NCBI GenBank assembly: GCA_038225335.1
Contig: JBBREW010000001.1
Coordinates: forward strand, 1-40,047
DNA: 40,047 nucleotides
Direction: 5' to 3'
Source of the DNA: Rhodobacterales bacterium
Lineage (GTDB): Bacteria; Pseudomonadota; Alphaproteobacteria; Rhodobacterales; Rhodobacteraceae
Of this stretch, positions 27,771-38,607 are shown piece after piece (within the stretch, counting starts at the first letter, position 1; each line of letters begins with the position of its first letter). Made by a program: the position numbers and the translations under genes. Below the pieces are notes generated by a model, which was not told the origin of the DNA, did not search any database, and saw only the letters and a list, made by a program, of their open reading frames with translations.

Positions 27771-29173
27771 TGGGCTTGCTCCTGCGTGGCGACGACCCAG
27801 CCGGTCACCGACTGGTTCAGATTGAACACCTCTGCGGCGGCGGTCTTGATCTGGTCTGCGGTGACATCCTGCAATATCTGCGGCCATGCCTGCACATCGG
27901 CCACGGTCAGCCCTTGGGTCAAGGCCGTGCCATAGCGTTGCGCCCGCCCCTGCACGTTATCAAGCGCATAGATTTCCTGCGCCTTCAGCTGCACCCGGAT
28001 GCGGTCAAGGGCGGCAGGGTCGATGTCGCTGTCCATGAAATCCAGCACAACCTGATCCATCGCGGCCTCTGCCTCTGACAGAGTGACGCCCGCTGCGGGC
28101 ACGACCTGCAGCGCAAAGGTAGAGGTATCAAGGCTGGACGGGCTGTAGCTGGCCCCGGCATAGACCGCCGTCTGTGTGTCGAACTGCAGCGCGCGGCCCA
28201 GCGCGGATGTAAACGAAGACCCGCCCAGCAATTCCGCCAGATAGACCAGTGCCGCTGCCGTTTCCTGTTCCTGCGTGTTGCGTTCGGTCGCCAGATAGGT
28301 CCGCACGACATAAGGCTGGCTGACCCGCGGATCGGTATAGGTGATGCGGCGCGGTGCAATCTGCGGTGGCTCTTGCGGACGCAGCCGCTGTGGCAGGTCG
28401 GGTTCCGGTGCAATCACGCCGTAATACTGTTCCGCCAGGGCGCGCACCGCGTCCGGTTCCACATCACCCGCCACGATCAGAATCGCGTTGTTGGGTGAAT
28501 AGTTCAGGCGATAGAACGACAGGGCATCCTCCAGGCTCAGTTCTGCCATTTCGTGCTGCCAGCCGATGATCGGCACGCCATAACGGTGGTTCTGATACTG
28601 GGCCGCGCGGAACTGTTCCTGCGCCAGCGCACCGGGGTTGTTTTCAACGCGCTGGTTGCGCTCCTCGAGGATCACGCTGCGTTCGGTGACGATGTCGCCT
28701 TCGGACAGTTGCAGGTTTGCCATCCGGTCGCTTTCCATCTGCATCATCAAAGGCAGGCGGTCCGCCGCGACACGCTGGAAATAGGCGGTATAATCAAAGC
28801 TGGTAAAGGCGTTGTCCGACCCGCCGTTGGCCGCCACGGTGGCGGAAAACTCACCCGGTTCCAGTGTTTCTGTCCCCTTGAACAGCAGGTGTTCCAGAAA
28901 ATGCGCGACGCCTGACTGGCCGACCAGTTCATCGGCGGACCCGGCGCGATACCAGACCATCTGCACCACGACGGGGGCGCGGTGATCCTCGATCACGACG
29001 ACCTCCATCCCGTTATCAAGGGTGAATGTCGTCACCCCCTCCTCGACCGGCATATCGGTCGTCACGGTGGTTTGCGTGGCACTGTCGACGGGGGGCGCAT
29101 CGGGGACCGGGGCGGTCTGCGCCGTGGCGGCAGCCCCCAGAACGGTGAAAAGCGCGAAAAGAAATCGTGTCAT
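27767..29173 (-). CDS. M16 family zinc peptidase, catalytic subunit
   Basis: GVAHFLEHLLFKGT (HXXEH), NAFTS.D.T.Y, EER; signal peptide from MTRFL at 29173. Confidence 0.92.
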   Translation of the reverse strand: MTRFLFALFTVLGAAATAQTAPVPDAPPVDSATQTTVTTDMPVEEGVTTFTLDNGMEVVVIEDHRAPVVVQMVWYRAGSADELVGQSGVAHFLEHLLFKGTETLEPGEFSATVAANGGSDNAFTSFDYTAYFQRVAADRLPLMMQMESDRMANLQLSEGDIVTERSVILEERNQRVENNPGALAQEQFRAAQYQNHRYGVPIIGWQHEMAELSLEDALSFYRLNYSPNNAILIVAGDVEPDAVRALAEQYYGVIAPEPDLPQRLRPQEPPQIAPRRITYTDPRVSQPYVVRTYLATERNTQEQETAAALVYLAELLGGSSFTSALGRALQFDTQTAVYAGASYSPSSLDTSTFALQVVPAAGVTLSEAEAAMDQVVLDFMDSDIDPAALDRIRVQLKAQEIYALDNVQGRAQRYGTALTQGLTVADVQAWPQILQDVTADQIKTAAAEVFNLNQSVTGWVVATQEQAQ

Positions 29174-29289
29174 GATGTCCTTGCTGGTCATGGCCCGGCG
29201 CGGCAGGTCCGGCACCGCACCACCCTAACCGCAGGCATCACAACTGCAATGTGGCAAACGCGCTTGTGAAGGCGCGTCATGCGGACCGG

Positions 29290-29529
29290 TCAGCGCCGGG
29301 GCGGCGGCATCACGGGACCGCCCAGACCCGCCAGCGCGCGGGGTTCCGGGTTGGGACTGGCCGGATTGACACCGCCCGGTGTCGGCGCGGGCAAGGCATT
29401 GGTCGCCGGAATGACCAAAGGCTGCGCCGGTTCCACGTAAAGTTCGATCGGCGCGGGCGCACGCCCCCCCAGAAGGCTGCAACTGGCAAGCCCGGCAAAG
29501 GCCAACATTCCGATCACCGTTCGCAGCAT
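29290..29529 (-). CDS. Short lipoprotein, DUF3035-like
   Basis: LASC lipobox; PL.IP...LPAPTPGG.N..P...A.A.LGG; lies between lspA and the M16 peptidases. Confidence 0.6.
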   Translation of the reverse strand: MLRTVIGMLAFAGLASCSLLGGRAPAPIELYVEPAQPLVIPATNALPAPTPGGVNPASPNPEPRALAGLGGPVMPPPRR

Positions 29530-29608
29530 CACGCACTCTTTCTCAGGGTTTCACATCACATAGCGCATCGCAGGCGGCGCGTCACGCAGTCGCTGCGACG
29601 CGCGCGAC

Positions 29609-30109
29609 TTAGCGGATCCTTGGGGGACGGTCCTTTGACGGCGGCGCTTTTTTCGGCTGGCCATCGGGCAAAAAGGCAAGACCCAAAGCACCGGCAAAGA
29701 TCGCCACATCGGCCACGTTGAAGGCAAAGGGATTGTTGATCCCGCAGCACGACATGTTGATGAAATCCGCAACCGCGCCATAAAGGATGCGGTCTACCAC
29801 ATTGCCCAGCGCACCGCCGACCAACAGCCCCGCGGCAATATAGGTCCACTTTGTCCCGCCCGTGCGCCACAGCCATGCCAGCACGCCGACAGAAATCACG
29901 ATCGCGATACCAATCAGAACCCAGCGCGCATCGGCCCCGGCCCCAAGGCCGAAATTGACGCCGCGGTTCCACGCCATCTGGAACACGAGAAACGGCGGCA
30001 GAATGTCGATCTGCTGCTGGGTCATCAGATCCATCCAGTGCACGACCAGATATTTCGTCGCCTGATCCAGCAAAAAGGTCCAGAACCCGGCCCAGAAAAC
30101 CAAACGCAT
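29609..30109 (-). CDS. lspA: Lipoprotein signal peptidase II
   Basis: DQATK, WNRGVNFG, GGALGNVVDR..YGAVADF, FNVAD. Confidence 0.96.
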   Translation of the reverse strand: MRLVFWAGFWTFLLDQATKYLVVHWMDLMTQQQIDILPPFLVFQMAWNRGVNFGLGAGADARWVLIGIAIVISVGVLAWLWRTGGTKWTYIAAGLLVGGALGNVVDRILYGAVADFINMSCCGINNPFAFNVADVAIFAGALGLAFLPDGQPKKAPPSKDRPPRIR

Positions 30110-30120
30110 CGTGGCGCCTC

Positions 30121-31710
30121 CTAGTGACGAAAGTGGCGCATGCCGGTAAAGACCATTGCGATCCCTGCGGCGTCTGCGGCGGCAATCACCTCTGCGTCGC
30201 GCATCGACCCGCCGGGCTGGATGACGCAGGTGGCCCCGGCGGCCGCGGCCTCCATCAGGCCATCGGCAAAGGGAAAGAAGGCATCAGAGGCCACGGCCGA
30301 TCCGATGGTCAGCGGCTGATCCAGCCCCATCGCCTCTGCCATGCGCTCTGCCTTCTTTGCGGCGATCAGGGCGGAATCAAGCCTGCTCATCTGGCCTGCC
30401 CCCACACCCACGGTCGCGCCGTCGCGGACATAGACGATGGCGTTCGATTTCACATGCTTGGCCACGGTCCACGCGAACCGCAGGTCCGCCAGTTGCGCCT
30501 GTGTCGGGCGCACCTTGGTCACGACGCGCAGGTCTTCCAGATCGACGCTGCCGGTATCCTTGTCCTGCACCAGCAGACCGCCCGCCACCTGCCGATAGGT
30601 CAGCTGTGCCACCTGCGGGTCCGGCAGACCATCGGTGGTCAACAGGCGCAGGTTCTTTTTCGCCGCAAACACCGCACGGGCCGCATCCGACGCGCCGGGC
30701 GCAATGACGACTTCGGTGAAAATCTCGACAATCGCCAGTGCCGTGTCTTCGTCCAGCGGCATGTTCAGGGCGACGATACCGCCAAAGGCCGATGTGCGGT
30801 CGCAATCAAAGGCTTTCTGATAAGCTTCTCGCAGGGTTGCCCCCCGCGCCACACCGCAGGGGTTGGCGTGTTTCACGATCACCACGGCGGGGCCGTCCTG
30901 TGGGTCGAATTCCGCCACCAGTTCAAAGGCCGCGTCGGTGTCGTTGATGTTGTTGTAGGACAGATCCTTGCCCTGATGCTGCGCCGCTGTCGCGACCCCG
31001 GCGCGGTTTGATCCATCCGCATAGAAACTGGCGGTCTGGTGCGGATTTTCGCCATAGCGCAGATCCTGCCGCAACGTCCCGGCAAAGGCGCGGCGGCGCG
31101 GAAATTCCACCCCGACCGCATCCGCCATCCAAGTGCTGACCGCCGCATCATAGGCCGCTGTCCGACCATAGGCGGTCTGCGCCAGCCGTTGACGGAACCC
31201 CAGCGTGGTCTGCCCGTCGTGGGCCGACAGTTCCGCCAGCAGGGCATCGTAATCGGCCACGTCCACGACGGTCGCCACAAAGGCGTGGTTCTTGGCCGCG
31301 GCCCGGATCATGGCGGGACCGCCGATGTCGATATTCTCGATGCAATCGTCATAACCCGCCCCCTTGGCCACCGTGGCCTCGAACGGGTAAAGGTTTACAA
31401 CCAAAAGATCGATCGCGGCAATGCCGTGGTCGGTCATCGCCTGCACATGATCCGCGTCGTCGCGCAGCGCAAGAAGTCCGCCATGCACCTTTGGGTGCAG
31501 CGTCTTGACCCGACCATCCATCATTTCCGGGAACCCGGTCACATCAGCCACATCGGTCACATCCAGACCCGCATCGCGCAGCGCCTTTGCGGTGCCGCCT
31601 GTGGACAGCAGCACGACCCCCCGCGCCACAAGGGCCCGGCCAAGGTCGATCAGGCCGGTCTTGTCGGATACGGACAAAAGCGCGCGGCGCAGTGGTTGCA
31701 GATTGGTCAT
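30121..31710 (-). CDS. purH: Bifunctional AICAR transformylase/IMP cyclohydrolase
   Basis: [52 protein letters not shown]. Confidence 0.99.
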   Translation of the reverse strand: MTNLQPLRRALLSVSDKTGLIDLGRALVARGVVLLSTGGTAKALRDAGLDVTDVADVTGFPEMMDGRVKTLHPKVHGGLLALRDDADHVQAMTDHGIAAIDLLVVNLYPFEATVAKGAGYDDCIENIDIGGPAMIRAAAKNHAFVATVVDVADYDALLAELSAHDGQTTLGFRQRLAQTAYGRTAAYDAAVSTWMADAVGVEFPRRRAFAGTLRQDLRYGENPHQTASFYADGSNRAGVATAAQHQGKDLSYNNINDTDAAFELVAEFDPQDGPAVVIVKHANPCGVARGATLREAYQKAFDCDRTSAFGGIVALNMPLDEDTALAIVEIFTEVVIAPGASDAARAVFAAKKNLRLLTTDGLPDPQVAQLTYRQVAGGLLVQDKDTGSVDLEDLRVVTKVRPTQAQLADLRFAWTVAKHVKSNAIVYVRDGATVGVGAGQMSRLDSALIAAKKAERMAEAMGLDQPLTIGSAVASDAFFPFADGLMEAAAAGATCVIQPGGSMRDAEVIAAADAAGIAMVFTGMRHFRH

Positions 31711-33479
31711 GTCATGTCCCCGGTTTCGGTTGTGTCGTCATCCGCGCCCCGCGCCGGTGCAAGGTCACGGACCACATCGGGTGTGTCCTGCGCCTTGGCC
31801 AGCGACCAGCGGATGCGCGTCGCATAGGACATTGCGGCCCCGGATAAAACCACCTGTTGCGCGGCGCGCGGCTTCAATCGGCCTGTTTCCAGATAAACCG
31901 ACGGTTCCAGCCGCAATTCGGCGTGCCCATCATGGCGCAGCACCCAGATTTCGCCGGATTTCAGCGCCATCGACACCGCCGCCCCGCCCAGATCGACGAC
32001 CGCATCGACATCGGGATGCAGATGGAACCGGATCGCAAAGGTGACACCCTGCAAACCGCTGGCATCAAGGGCGCGGTCGAACCGGGCCTTGTCCGGCGCA
32101 TCCAGCGTGGTCAGCAGATCCTCACCCGCCAGCCCGCGCCCGTCGGTGGTCAGTTCCAGCGTGCGGGCATGGGTCAGACCGTGGGTCGGGCGGAAGCCGT
32201 CGTGCGACAACTCTGCCCGCCGTCCGTCGTCCAGCCGCGTCAGGATGCAATTCACCACATCCGGCAGATCAACCAGCATTTCCTGTGCGATGCCGTCTGT
32301 CCGCTGCGCAGGCCCCAGCCGCGACGACGAATAGCCACCGATCCCAAGGGTCGAATGGCTGGGCGTCGCCCGCCCGGCCCGGCGCCAGTCCGCACCGAAA
32401 CTGTTGCCCGATCCACAACTGACGATCAGCGGCCGCCGCCCGGATGTCACCTCGATCGCAAGGGTCGAGGCGTGGGCGTTCAGCGACGCCTGCCCGTCCG
32501 GCGGGCGGGCGGCATCGGCGATCAGGGTCGTGCGGCCCGCAGCAATCCGGGCATAACCCATGCATTGCGCATCACCGATGTTGCGGCGTCCGGCGGTCAG
32601 CGACAGCGCGTGATCCAGCCGCCCGTCCAGCCCGCGCCCGCCGCCGTGAAACCGCGCAAGGCCCCCGTCCGCGTGACGCAAGGCCCGCAGGGTCGGACCA
32701 ATCCGGCCAATGGCCGCCGTCAGCGATTCCGGCACCGGCTGGCCTGCGGACAGGATCGCCCCCTGCGCCCAGTGCAACAAGGTCAGGATATCCAGCAACT
32801 CTTCGGGATTGCGGGTCTCGATCCCGCCGTCGCGGCGGATCTGGACCGCACAATCAGCCGCCAGTGCCCGGATCGCGGGGGCGGTCAGGCGCTGCATCCC
32901 TTCCAGCGACAGCCCGGCATAGACCATGCCCGCCAGTGCCTCGAACCGGGCAAGACCGGGGCGGGTCGCGCGCCAGCGTCGCGACAGGAACAGCGTCTGC
33001 TGTCCCATCGACCGGAAAAACCGTGCCTGCCCGGCCTTGTCCTGTCCGCGCAACAAGAACAGCCCGTGGGAAATCCAGCGGATCAGCCGCCGCCCGGTCA
33101 GATCAGGGGTCCACCCCGGCCCGGTCCCGTCACCGAAACTGTCGATCCATTCCCCGACCCAGGCCTGTGCCGCGTGCCGGGCGCGGACATCGCCCACGGC
33201 GGCCAGATCGTCCAGCCAGCCAAAACTGTGCAATTCCTGATCCACCGCCGCGCGATCGCCCATCGCCTGCCAGATCGACCCGCCGGGGGCGGTCGTCAAC
33301 ATGCCGGCAAACAGGAAATTGCCCGCCAGCAACTGCCGCCCGCGGGCAAAATGACCGATGCTGCGCGGTTCCGGCTGAGAGACAAAACCCGTGACAGGAC
33401 GCGCCCGCGCCGCCCACCGCGCATGGGCGCGATCCATGAACACCCTGCGACGGGCGCGCCATGTGTCCGGGTCGGTCAA
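31707..33479 (-). CDS. Heparinase II/III-like protein
   Basis: LH.FGWL.DL, RRL..W, RH.DG.LA.FHG, HAS.L..E, R.T..HSTL, RFHLHP; sits between rsmB and purH; TTG start uncertain. Confidence 0.8.
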   Translation of the reverse strand: MTDPDTWRARRRVFMDRAHARWAARARPVTGFVSQPEPRSIGHFARGRQLLAGNFLFAGMLTTAPGGSIWQAMGDRAAVDQELHSFGWLDDLAAVGDVRARHAAQAWVGEWIDSFGDGTGPGWTPDLTGRRLIRWISHGLFLLRGQDKAGQARFFRSMGQQTLFLSRRWRATRPGLARFEALAGMVYAGLSLEGMQRLTAPAIRALAADCAVQIRRDGGIETRNPEELLDILTLLHWAQGAILSAGQPVPESLTAAIGRIGPTLRALRHADGGLARFHGGGRGLDGRLDHALSLTAGRRNIGDAQCMGYARIAAGRTTLIADAARPPDGQASLNAHASTLAIEVTSGRRPLIVSCGSGNSFGADWRRAGRATPSHSTLGIGGYSSSRLGPAQRTDGIAQEMLVDLPDVVNCILTRLDDGRRAELSHDGFRPTHGLTHARTLELTTDGRGLAGEDLLTTLDAPDKARFDRALDASGLQGVTFAIRFHLHPDVDAVVDLGGAAVSMALKSGEIWVLRHDGHAELRLEPSVYLETGRLKPRAAQQVVLSGAAMSYATRIRWSLAKAQDTPDVVRDLAPARGADDDTTETGDMT

Positions 33480-33545
33480 TCTGCTGCCTCTGGTTGCGGT
33501 GTCGCATTCTTCTTGGTCGAAGGGTATCGCGCCCGCGCGCCCAAG

Positions 33546-34817
33546 TCACGCAGGCTTTGTCAGGACTGCCATGTAAAATCCGTCCATGCCGCCGATATCC
33601 GCCCAATGATCCGGGCGCAGGCGCAGACCGCCTTCTTCGGTGATCCAGTCAGGATCGACGCCGGGACAGGCCAGCGCCGCCCGGTCGGCCTGCACATCCG
33701 GGTGCCGGGACAGGGCCTCTTCGATCTGCACTTCGCCTTCGTCGGGCAACAGCGAACAGGTGCAGAACAGCAACCGGCCGCCGGGCCGCACAAGGGTCAG
33801 GGCATGGTCGATCAACCCGCCCTGCTGGTCGATCAGATCGCCGAATTCTGCCCCGTCCTTGGCATAGGGCAGGTCGGGGTGACGCCGCAGGGTGCCTGTG
33901 GCACTGCAGGGCGCATCCAGCACGACGACATCCCATTCGCCTGTGACGTCAAAGGCATCCGACACCTCTGTCAGCGCCTGCAACCCGACGCGGGTCAGGT
34001 TCTGCGCGACCCGCCCCATGCGCGAGGCGGACGAATCAATAGCCGTCACATCGGCACCGCCGGCGGCCAGTTGCAGGGTTTTGCCCCCCGGTGCCGCACA
34101 CAGATCCAGCACCCGCAGACCCGTCAGATCACCCAGAAGGCGCACGGGCAGCGCCGCCGCCACATCCTGCACCCACCAGTCCCCCGCGACAAAGCCGGGT
34201 AGTTGCGTGACCTGCCCCGCATCGGTCAGGCGCACAGACCCGGTCGGCAGAACCGTGCCACCCACGGCGTCGGCCACCGCCTGCGCATCGCCTTTGGCGG
34301 TCAGATCCAGCGGCGGTGTCCGGGCCTGCACGGCCTCCATCGCGACGACAGCGTTGCGGCCCCATGCCTGCACCAGCGGTTGCCGCAGCCAGCCCGGCAG
34401 CAAGGGCAGCGGCATGGCGTCCCATGCGGCGGGTCCGGCATCTGCCACCTTGCGCAGCACGGCGTTGACCAGCCCTTTCAGGCGGGCGGTGTGATGGTTG
34501 CGCCCCACGATTTCCACATAGGCATTCACAACGCCGTGGGCCGCTGCCCCCTGCACGATTTCCACCGTGCCCAGCCGCAGTGCGTTCTGGACATAGACCG
34601 GCGGCGATTTGGCCAGAAAGGGTTTCAGCATCCGGTCGGCCCGGTCCAACATCCGCAGCGTTTCCACCGCAAGCCGCTGGGCGCGGGCGCGATCCTCTGG
34701 CGGCAGGTGATCCAATGCGCCACCGGCCAGCAGTTCGGACAGCAGGCGTCCTTCCTCGATGACCTGTTGCAGCAGGTGATGTGCCGCGCGGCGCGGTGCA
34801 ATCCCGGTCTGATCCAT
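33546..34817 (-). CDS. rsmB: RsmB/Sun-family RNA m5C methyltransferase with N-terminal NusB-like domain
   Basis: VNAVLR, WVQD, DLCAAPGGKT, LDAPCSATG..RRHPD, CTCS, DGFY. Confidence 0.92.
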   Translation of the reverse strand: MDQTGIAPRRAAHHLLQQVIEEGRLLSELLAGGALDHLPPEDRARAQRLAVETLRMLDRADRMLKPFLAKSPPVYVQNALRLGTVEIVQGAAAHGVVNAYVEIVGRNHHTARLKGLVNAVLRKVADAGPAAWDAMPLPLLPGWLRQPLVQAWGRNAVVAMEAVQARTPPLDLTAKGDAQAVADAVGGTVLPTGSVRLTDAGQVTQLPGFVAGDWWVQDVAAALPVRLLGDLTGLRVLDLCAAPGGKTLQLAAGGADVTAIDSSASRMGRVAQNLTRVGLQALTEVSDAFDVTGEWDVVVLDAPCSATGTLRRHPDLPYAKDGAEFGDLIDQQGGLIDHALTLVRPGGRLLFCTCSLLPDEGEVQIEEALSRHPDVQADRAALACPGVDPDWITEEGGLRLRPDHWADIGGMDGFYMAVLTKPA

Positions 34818-34884
34818 GGGGAAACCCTTGTTTGGTGCAGCTATGGGCGTATATCAGCTACACACCCCCGGCAAGGACAAGACC

Positions 34885-35091
34885 ATGACGGACGACACGA
34901 CACCCACCGCACCGGCCTCATCAGCCGCAGCCGACCTGCCCCCCGCCGCCCAGCGCGCCTTGGCCGAAGCCGCCGCACGGCGCAGCGCACAGGCCGATCT
35001 GACCTTGCCGCCTGAACACGGCGGCAGAAACGGGCCGGAACCTGTCCGTTATGGCGATTGGGAAAACAAAGGACTTGCGGTCGATTTCTGA
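34885..35091 (+). CDS. DUF1674 / SDHAF4-like succinate dehydrogenase assembly factor
   Basis: LPPAAQRALAEA..RR, E.GG..GPEP.RYGDWE.KG...DF; AAGGA RBS. Confidence 0.88.
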   Translation: MTDDTTPTAPASSAAADLPPAAQRALAEAAARRSAQADLTLPPEHGGRNGPEPVRYGDWENKGLAVDF

Positions 35092-35100
35092 TCCGCAGGA

Positions 35101-35463
35101 TCAGCGCAGGCGCAGTGCCGCAGACCGCCCCGCCCCGCGATCAACGGTAAAGCGGACCAGATCGCCCCGTTGTTCGACCAGCTGGCAGTTATAGGGGATT
35201 TCGTCCCCGCCCCAGTCCATGACGCGGCAGAAATAGCCGTCATCCCACGACCATGTGCCGGTCACCGGCCACCCCAGCGCATCACCGGCAATCTGACCGT
35301 CCGGGGTCACCTTGACCGTGATGTTGTAAAAGGTGTGGGTCAGATTGCCCTGCGCCATCAAGGCCAGAAACCGATCCCCGTCCCGCACCGGGACATAATC
35401 CTGTGCGGCAGCGGCGGCAGGCAGCGCGGCGCAGACAGCAACGACAAGCGGCAGCAGTTTCAT
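35101..35463 (-). CDS. Hypothetical secreted beta-rich protein
   Basis: Signal peptide; GTWSWDDGYFCR...YNCQ Cys pair; AGGAGG RBS. It has no DapB motifs despite lying next to dapB. Confidence 0.75.
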   Translation of the reverse strand: MKLLPLVVAVCAALPAAAAAQDYVPVRDGDRFLALMAQGNLTHTFYNITVKVTPDGQIAGDALGWPVTGTWSWDDGYFCRVMDWGGDEIPYNCQLVEQRGDLVRFTVDRGAGRSAALRLR

Positions 35464-35538
35464 GGGCAATCCTCCTGCCGGGATGACGTAGCGCCGGCGC
35501 GCACCGGTCAAGCCCGTGGTCAGCGGGGCTGCATCAGA

Positions 35539-36348
35539 TCACAGGCCCAGCACATCCATCATGTCGTAATGGCCCGGATCGCGGTCCTGTCCCCACAGGG
35601 CCGCGCGCAGTGCGCCGCGGGCAAAGATGCGCCGGTCTGTGGCAACATGGCGCAGGGTGATGCGTTCGCCGTCGGCGGCGAACATGACGTCGTGTTCGCC
35701 CACGATATCGCCGCCCCGCACCGCACTGAACCCGATGTCACCACGGGTGCGGGCACCGGTGATACCGTCGCGACCACTGTCACTGACATCGGCAAGCACC
35801 ACACCGCGTCCTTCGGCTGCGGCCGCGCCCAGCATCAGGGCGGTGCCGGACGGGGCATCGACCTTGTGGCGATGGTGTGCCTCGATGATCTCTATGTCGT
35901 AATCGTCATCCAGCGCGGCTGCGATCTTGCGGGTCAGTTGCACCAGCAGGTTCAGGCCCAGCGACATGTTGCCCGCCCGCACGATGACCGCATGATGGGC
36001 CGCCCGGTCGATGGCGGCGATATCCACGTCTGACAGGCCAGTGGTGCCGATGACATGCACGGCACGGGCTTGTGCGGCCAGACCGGCAAAGCCCACGGTC
36101 GCGGCAGGGGTGGTGAAATCCAGCACGGCCTGCGCCCGGGCAAAGGCCGCGACCGGATCATCGGTCACCGTGACGCCCAGCGCCGCACCGCCCATCGCTG
36201 TGCCCACATCCTGCCCGATCCAGGGATGCCCGCTGCGCACCAGTGCTGCGACCAGATTGCAGCGATCACTGGCACTGACCATCTGCACCAGCATCTGCCC
36301 CATGCGGCCCGATGCCCCCGTAACCACGATCCCCGGTGTGTCGGTCAT
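35539..36348 (-). CDS. dapB: 4-hydroxy-tetrahydrodipicolinate reductase
   Basis: [37 protein letters not shown]. Confidence 0.98.
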   Translation of the reverse strand: MTDTPGIVVTGASGRMGQMLVQMVSASDRCNLVAALVRSGHPWIGQDVGTAMGGAALGVTVTDDPVAAFARAQAVLDFTTPAATVGFAGLAAQARAVHVIGTTGLSDVDIAAIDRAAHHAVIVRAGNMSLGLNLLVQLTRKIAAALDDDYDIEIIEAHHRHKVDAPSGTALMLGAAAAEGRGVVLADVSDSGRDGITGARTRGDIGFSAVRGGDIVGEHDVMFAADGERITLRHVATDRRIFARGALRAALWGQDRDPGHYDMMDVLGL

Positions 36349-36416
36349 GTCCGCCCCTTTTGCGCCCGTCTTCGCCCCCGTCATTACCCCTGACGGGTCC
36401 GGTGGAAAAGGCCTGC

Positions 36417-36445
36417 TTGGAAAACCCGGCATCCGACGTTACATG
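36417..36445 (+). promoter_or_regulatory. Putative sigma70 promoter for rbfA (leaderless geometry)
   Basis: TTGGAA-N17-TACATG, 6 nt before ATG 36452; no SD sequence. Confidence 0.45.
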
Positions 36446-36451
36446 TCCGCC

Positions 36452-36901
36452 ATGGCCAAGACATCATCCTCCGGGGGCGGGGCCCCCAACCAGCGGCAGT
36501 TGCGTGTCGGCGAATTGATCCGCCGCCGCCTGTCAGAACTTCTTCAACGTGGCGAAATCCACGATCCGGACCTTGCGCGCATGATGATCACCGTGGGCGA
36601 GGTGCGGTGTTCGCCCGATCTGTCGGTCGCGACCGCCTTTGTGCTGCCGCTGGGCGGCGACAAAAAGGAAGAAGCCCTGCTGGCGCTGCGCAAATCGCGC
36701 CACGAAATACGCCGCGAAGTCGCCAAGGTGCTGAACATCAAGTTCGCACCCGAAATCCGGTTCGAGATCGACGACACCTTTGACCGGATGGACGCCACCC
36801 GCGCCTTGTTCGAACGCGACGACGTCAAAGCCGATCTTCAGGCACCCGACACTGACGACGACACCGGGCCTTCGGAACACGGCAAAGACGATCCCGCATG
36901 A
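36452..36901 (+). CDS. rbfA: 30S ribosome-binding factor A
   Basis: QRQLRVGELIR, DP.L, V.EV..SPDL..A, KFAPEIRFE.D.TFD; alternative start 36443. Confidence 0.95.
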   Translation: MAKTSSSGGGAPNQRQLRVGELIRRRLSELLQRGEIHDPDLARMMITVGEVRCSPDLSVATAFVLPLGGDKKEEALLALRKSRHEIRREVAKVLNIKFAPEIRFEIDDTFDRMDATRALFERDDVKADLQAPDTDDDTGPSEHGKDDPA

Positions 36902-37620
36902 AGGCCGCGATTGCGGGTCTGCTGACCCTGATCTGCGGCCCGGCCGCCGCTGTCACCTGCAATGACGTGGTGTTTGACGGGTTCGGGTTCACCACCTGCA
37001 CCGTGGACGCCACGACAGAGGATCTGCGGCTGTTTCACCGCGATGCGGCGGGCGCGGTGCTGGGGGGCTGGGGTCCGCTGTCCGATCAGGTCGCGCCGCA
37101 ATCCCTGACGTTTGCGATGAACGCAGGCATGTATCACGACGATCGCCGCGCCGTCGGATTGTATCAACAGGATGGCGAGCAGACAGCGTCGCTGGTCACA
37201 CGCGACGGTCCGGGTAATTTCGGCCTGCTGCCGAACGGTGTGTTCTGCATCACCGACGACAGGGCCCGCGTCATCGAATCGCTGACCTATGCCGCCAATC
37301 CGCCTGCCTGCCGGGACGCCACGCAATCGGGACCGATGCTGGTGATCGACGGGGCGCTGCATCCCCGGTTTCTGCCGACGTCGCCGTCGCTGAACATCCG
37401 CAACGGTGTCGGCACGACCGCCGATGGCCGCACGGCGGTTTTTGCGATTTCGAACGATCCGGTGAATTTCCACACCTTTGCCCGGCTGTTCCGCGACGGG
37501 CTGGGTTTGCCGGATGCGCTGTTTTTCGATGGCTCCGTCTCCCGTCTTTATGCGCCTGCCCTGAACCGGGCCGATTTCGGCTTTGGCCCCTTGGGTCCGA
37601 TGGTCGGGGTCGTGCAATAG
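36898..37620 (+). CDS. Phosphodiester glycosidase/YigE (NAGPA-like) exported protein
   Basis: Signal peptide; FAMNAGMYH, GNFGLLPNGVF, ATQSGPMLV, RNGVG, FDGSVS; ATGA overlap with rbfA. Confidence 0.85.
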   Translation: MKAAIAGLLTLICGPAAAVTCNDVVFDGFGFTTCTVDATTEDLRLFHRDAAGAVLGGWGPLSDQVAPQSLTFAMNAGMYHDDRRAVGLYQQDGEQTASLVTRDGPGNFGLLPNGVFCITDDRARVIESLTYAANPPACRDATQSGPMLVIDGALHPRFLPTSPSLNIRNGVGTTADGRTAVFAISNDPVNFHTFARLFRDGLGLPDALFFDGSVSRLYAPALNRADFGFGPLGPMVGVVQ

Positions 37621-37621
37621 C

Positions 37622-37650
37622 TTGACCCCACCGCCGCCTGCGCCTAGCAG
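37622..37650 (+). promoter_or_regulatory. Putative promoter upstream of truB
   Basis: TTGACC-N17-TAGCAG; GGAG RBS at 37669-37672. Confidence 0.45.
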
Positions 37651-37679
37651 GCGCGTTCAGTCACAAGCGGAGACGACCC

Positions 37680-38585
37680 ATGGGACGGCGGAAATCGGGA
37701 CGCAACATTTCAGGTTGGCTGATCGTGGACAAACCCGCGGGCCTGACGTCGACAACGGTCGTCAACAAGGTGCGCTGGGCGCTGAATGCCAACAAGGCCG
37801 GCCATGCGGGCACCCTTGATCCCGACGCGACCGGCGTTCTGGCCATCGCACTGGGAGAGGCGACAAAGACCGTCCCCTATATCACCGACGCGCTGAAGGC
37901 CTATACCTTTACCATCCGTCTGGGTCAGGCCACGAACACCGATGACGCCGAAGGCGAGGTCGTGGCCAGCAGCGATCTGCGGCCGACCGACGACCAGATC
38001 AAGGCGGCACTGGGCCAGTTCGTCGGTGACATCATGCAGGTGCCACCACAGTTTTCCGCGGTCAAGATCGACGGCGAGCGCGCCTATAAACGCGCCCGCG
38101 ACGGAGAGACGATGGACATTGCAGCACGCCCTTTGTGGGTGGACAGTCTGCTGATGGATGACCGCCCCGACGCCGATCATGTCACGCTGGAAATGGTCTG
38201 CGGCAAGGGTGGCTATGTCCGGTCGATCGCCCGTGATCTGGGCGCGGCCTTGGGATGTCATGCGCATGTGCGGGCGCTGCGGCGGATCTGGTCGGGGCCG
38301 TTCCGGGCCGAAGACGGGCTGACGCTGGACGCCATTGACGCGATTGCCCGCACCGATGCGCTTGACGCCCATGTGCAACCGCTGGAGGTGGGTCTGGCGG
38401 ACCTGCCGATGGTGATCTGCCCCAGCGCCAGCCTGACCGCCCTGCGCAACGGCAATGCGGCCATGGTGATCGCGCAGGGCATTGATTACGGCACCGAAGT
38501 CTGGGCGGCCCATGACGGCCGCGCCGTCGCTGTCGGTCGCCTGATGGGCAGCGAACTGCACCCTGCACGGGTCTTTGTTGACTGA
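37680..38585 (+). CDS. truB: tRNA pseudouridine(55) synthase
   Basis: [45 protein letters not shown]. Confidence 0.98.
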   Translation: MGRRKSGRNISGWLIVDKPAGLTSTTVVNKVRWALNANKAGHAGTLDPDATGVLAIALGEATKTVPYITDALKAYTFTIRLGQATNTDDAEGEVVASSDLRPTDDQIKAALGQFVGDIMQVPPQFSAVKIDGERAYKRARDGETMDIAARPLWVDSLLMDDRPDADHVTLEMVCGKGGYVRSIARDLGAALGCHAHVRALRRIWSGPFRAEDGLTLDAIDAIARTDALDAHVQPLEVGLADLPMVICPSASLTALRNGNAAMVIAQGIDYGTEVWAAHDGRAVAVGRLMGSELHPARVFVD

Positions 38586-38607
38586 CCGCGGACAGCCGGC
38601 GCCACAG

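Noticed and set aside
29577-29603. GC-rich bulged hairpin after lspA, and similar ones at 5215-5267, 18775-18810, 36377-36397 and 40020-40038
   Set aside because: No shared sequence between them and expected at this GC content; not a repeat family or CRISPR array.
31857-34202. 781-aa plus-strand ORF, and similar long ORFs such as 19-1296, 2659-4047, 7907-9199, 14454-16061, 21431-22762, 26502-27935 and 38843-40039
   Set aside because: They lie antisense to well-supported genes and have no recognisable motifs; they are typical shadow ORFs of high-GC coding DNA.
35088-35104. Palindrome CTGATCC-GCA-GGATCAG containing both convergent stop codons and TGATCC (sigmaE -35-like)
   Set aside because: It lies between convergent gene ends with no gene start to drive; at most a small bidirectional 3' hairpin.
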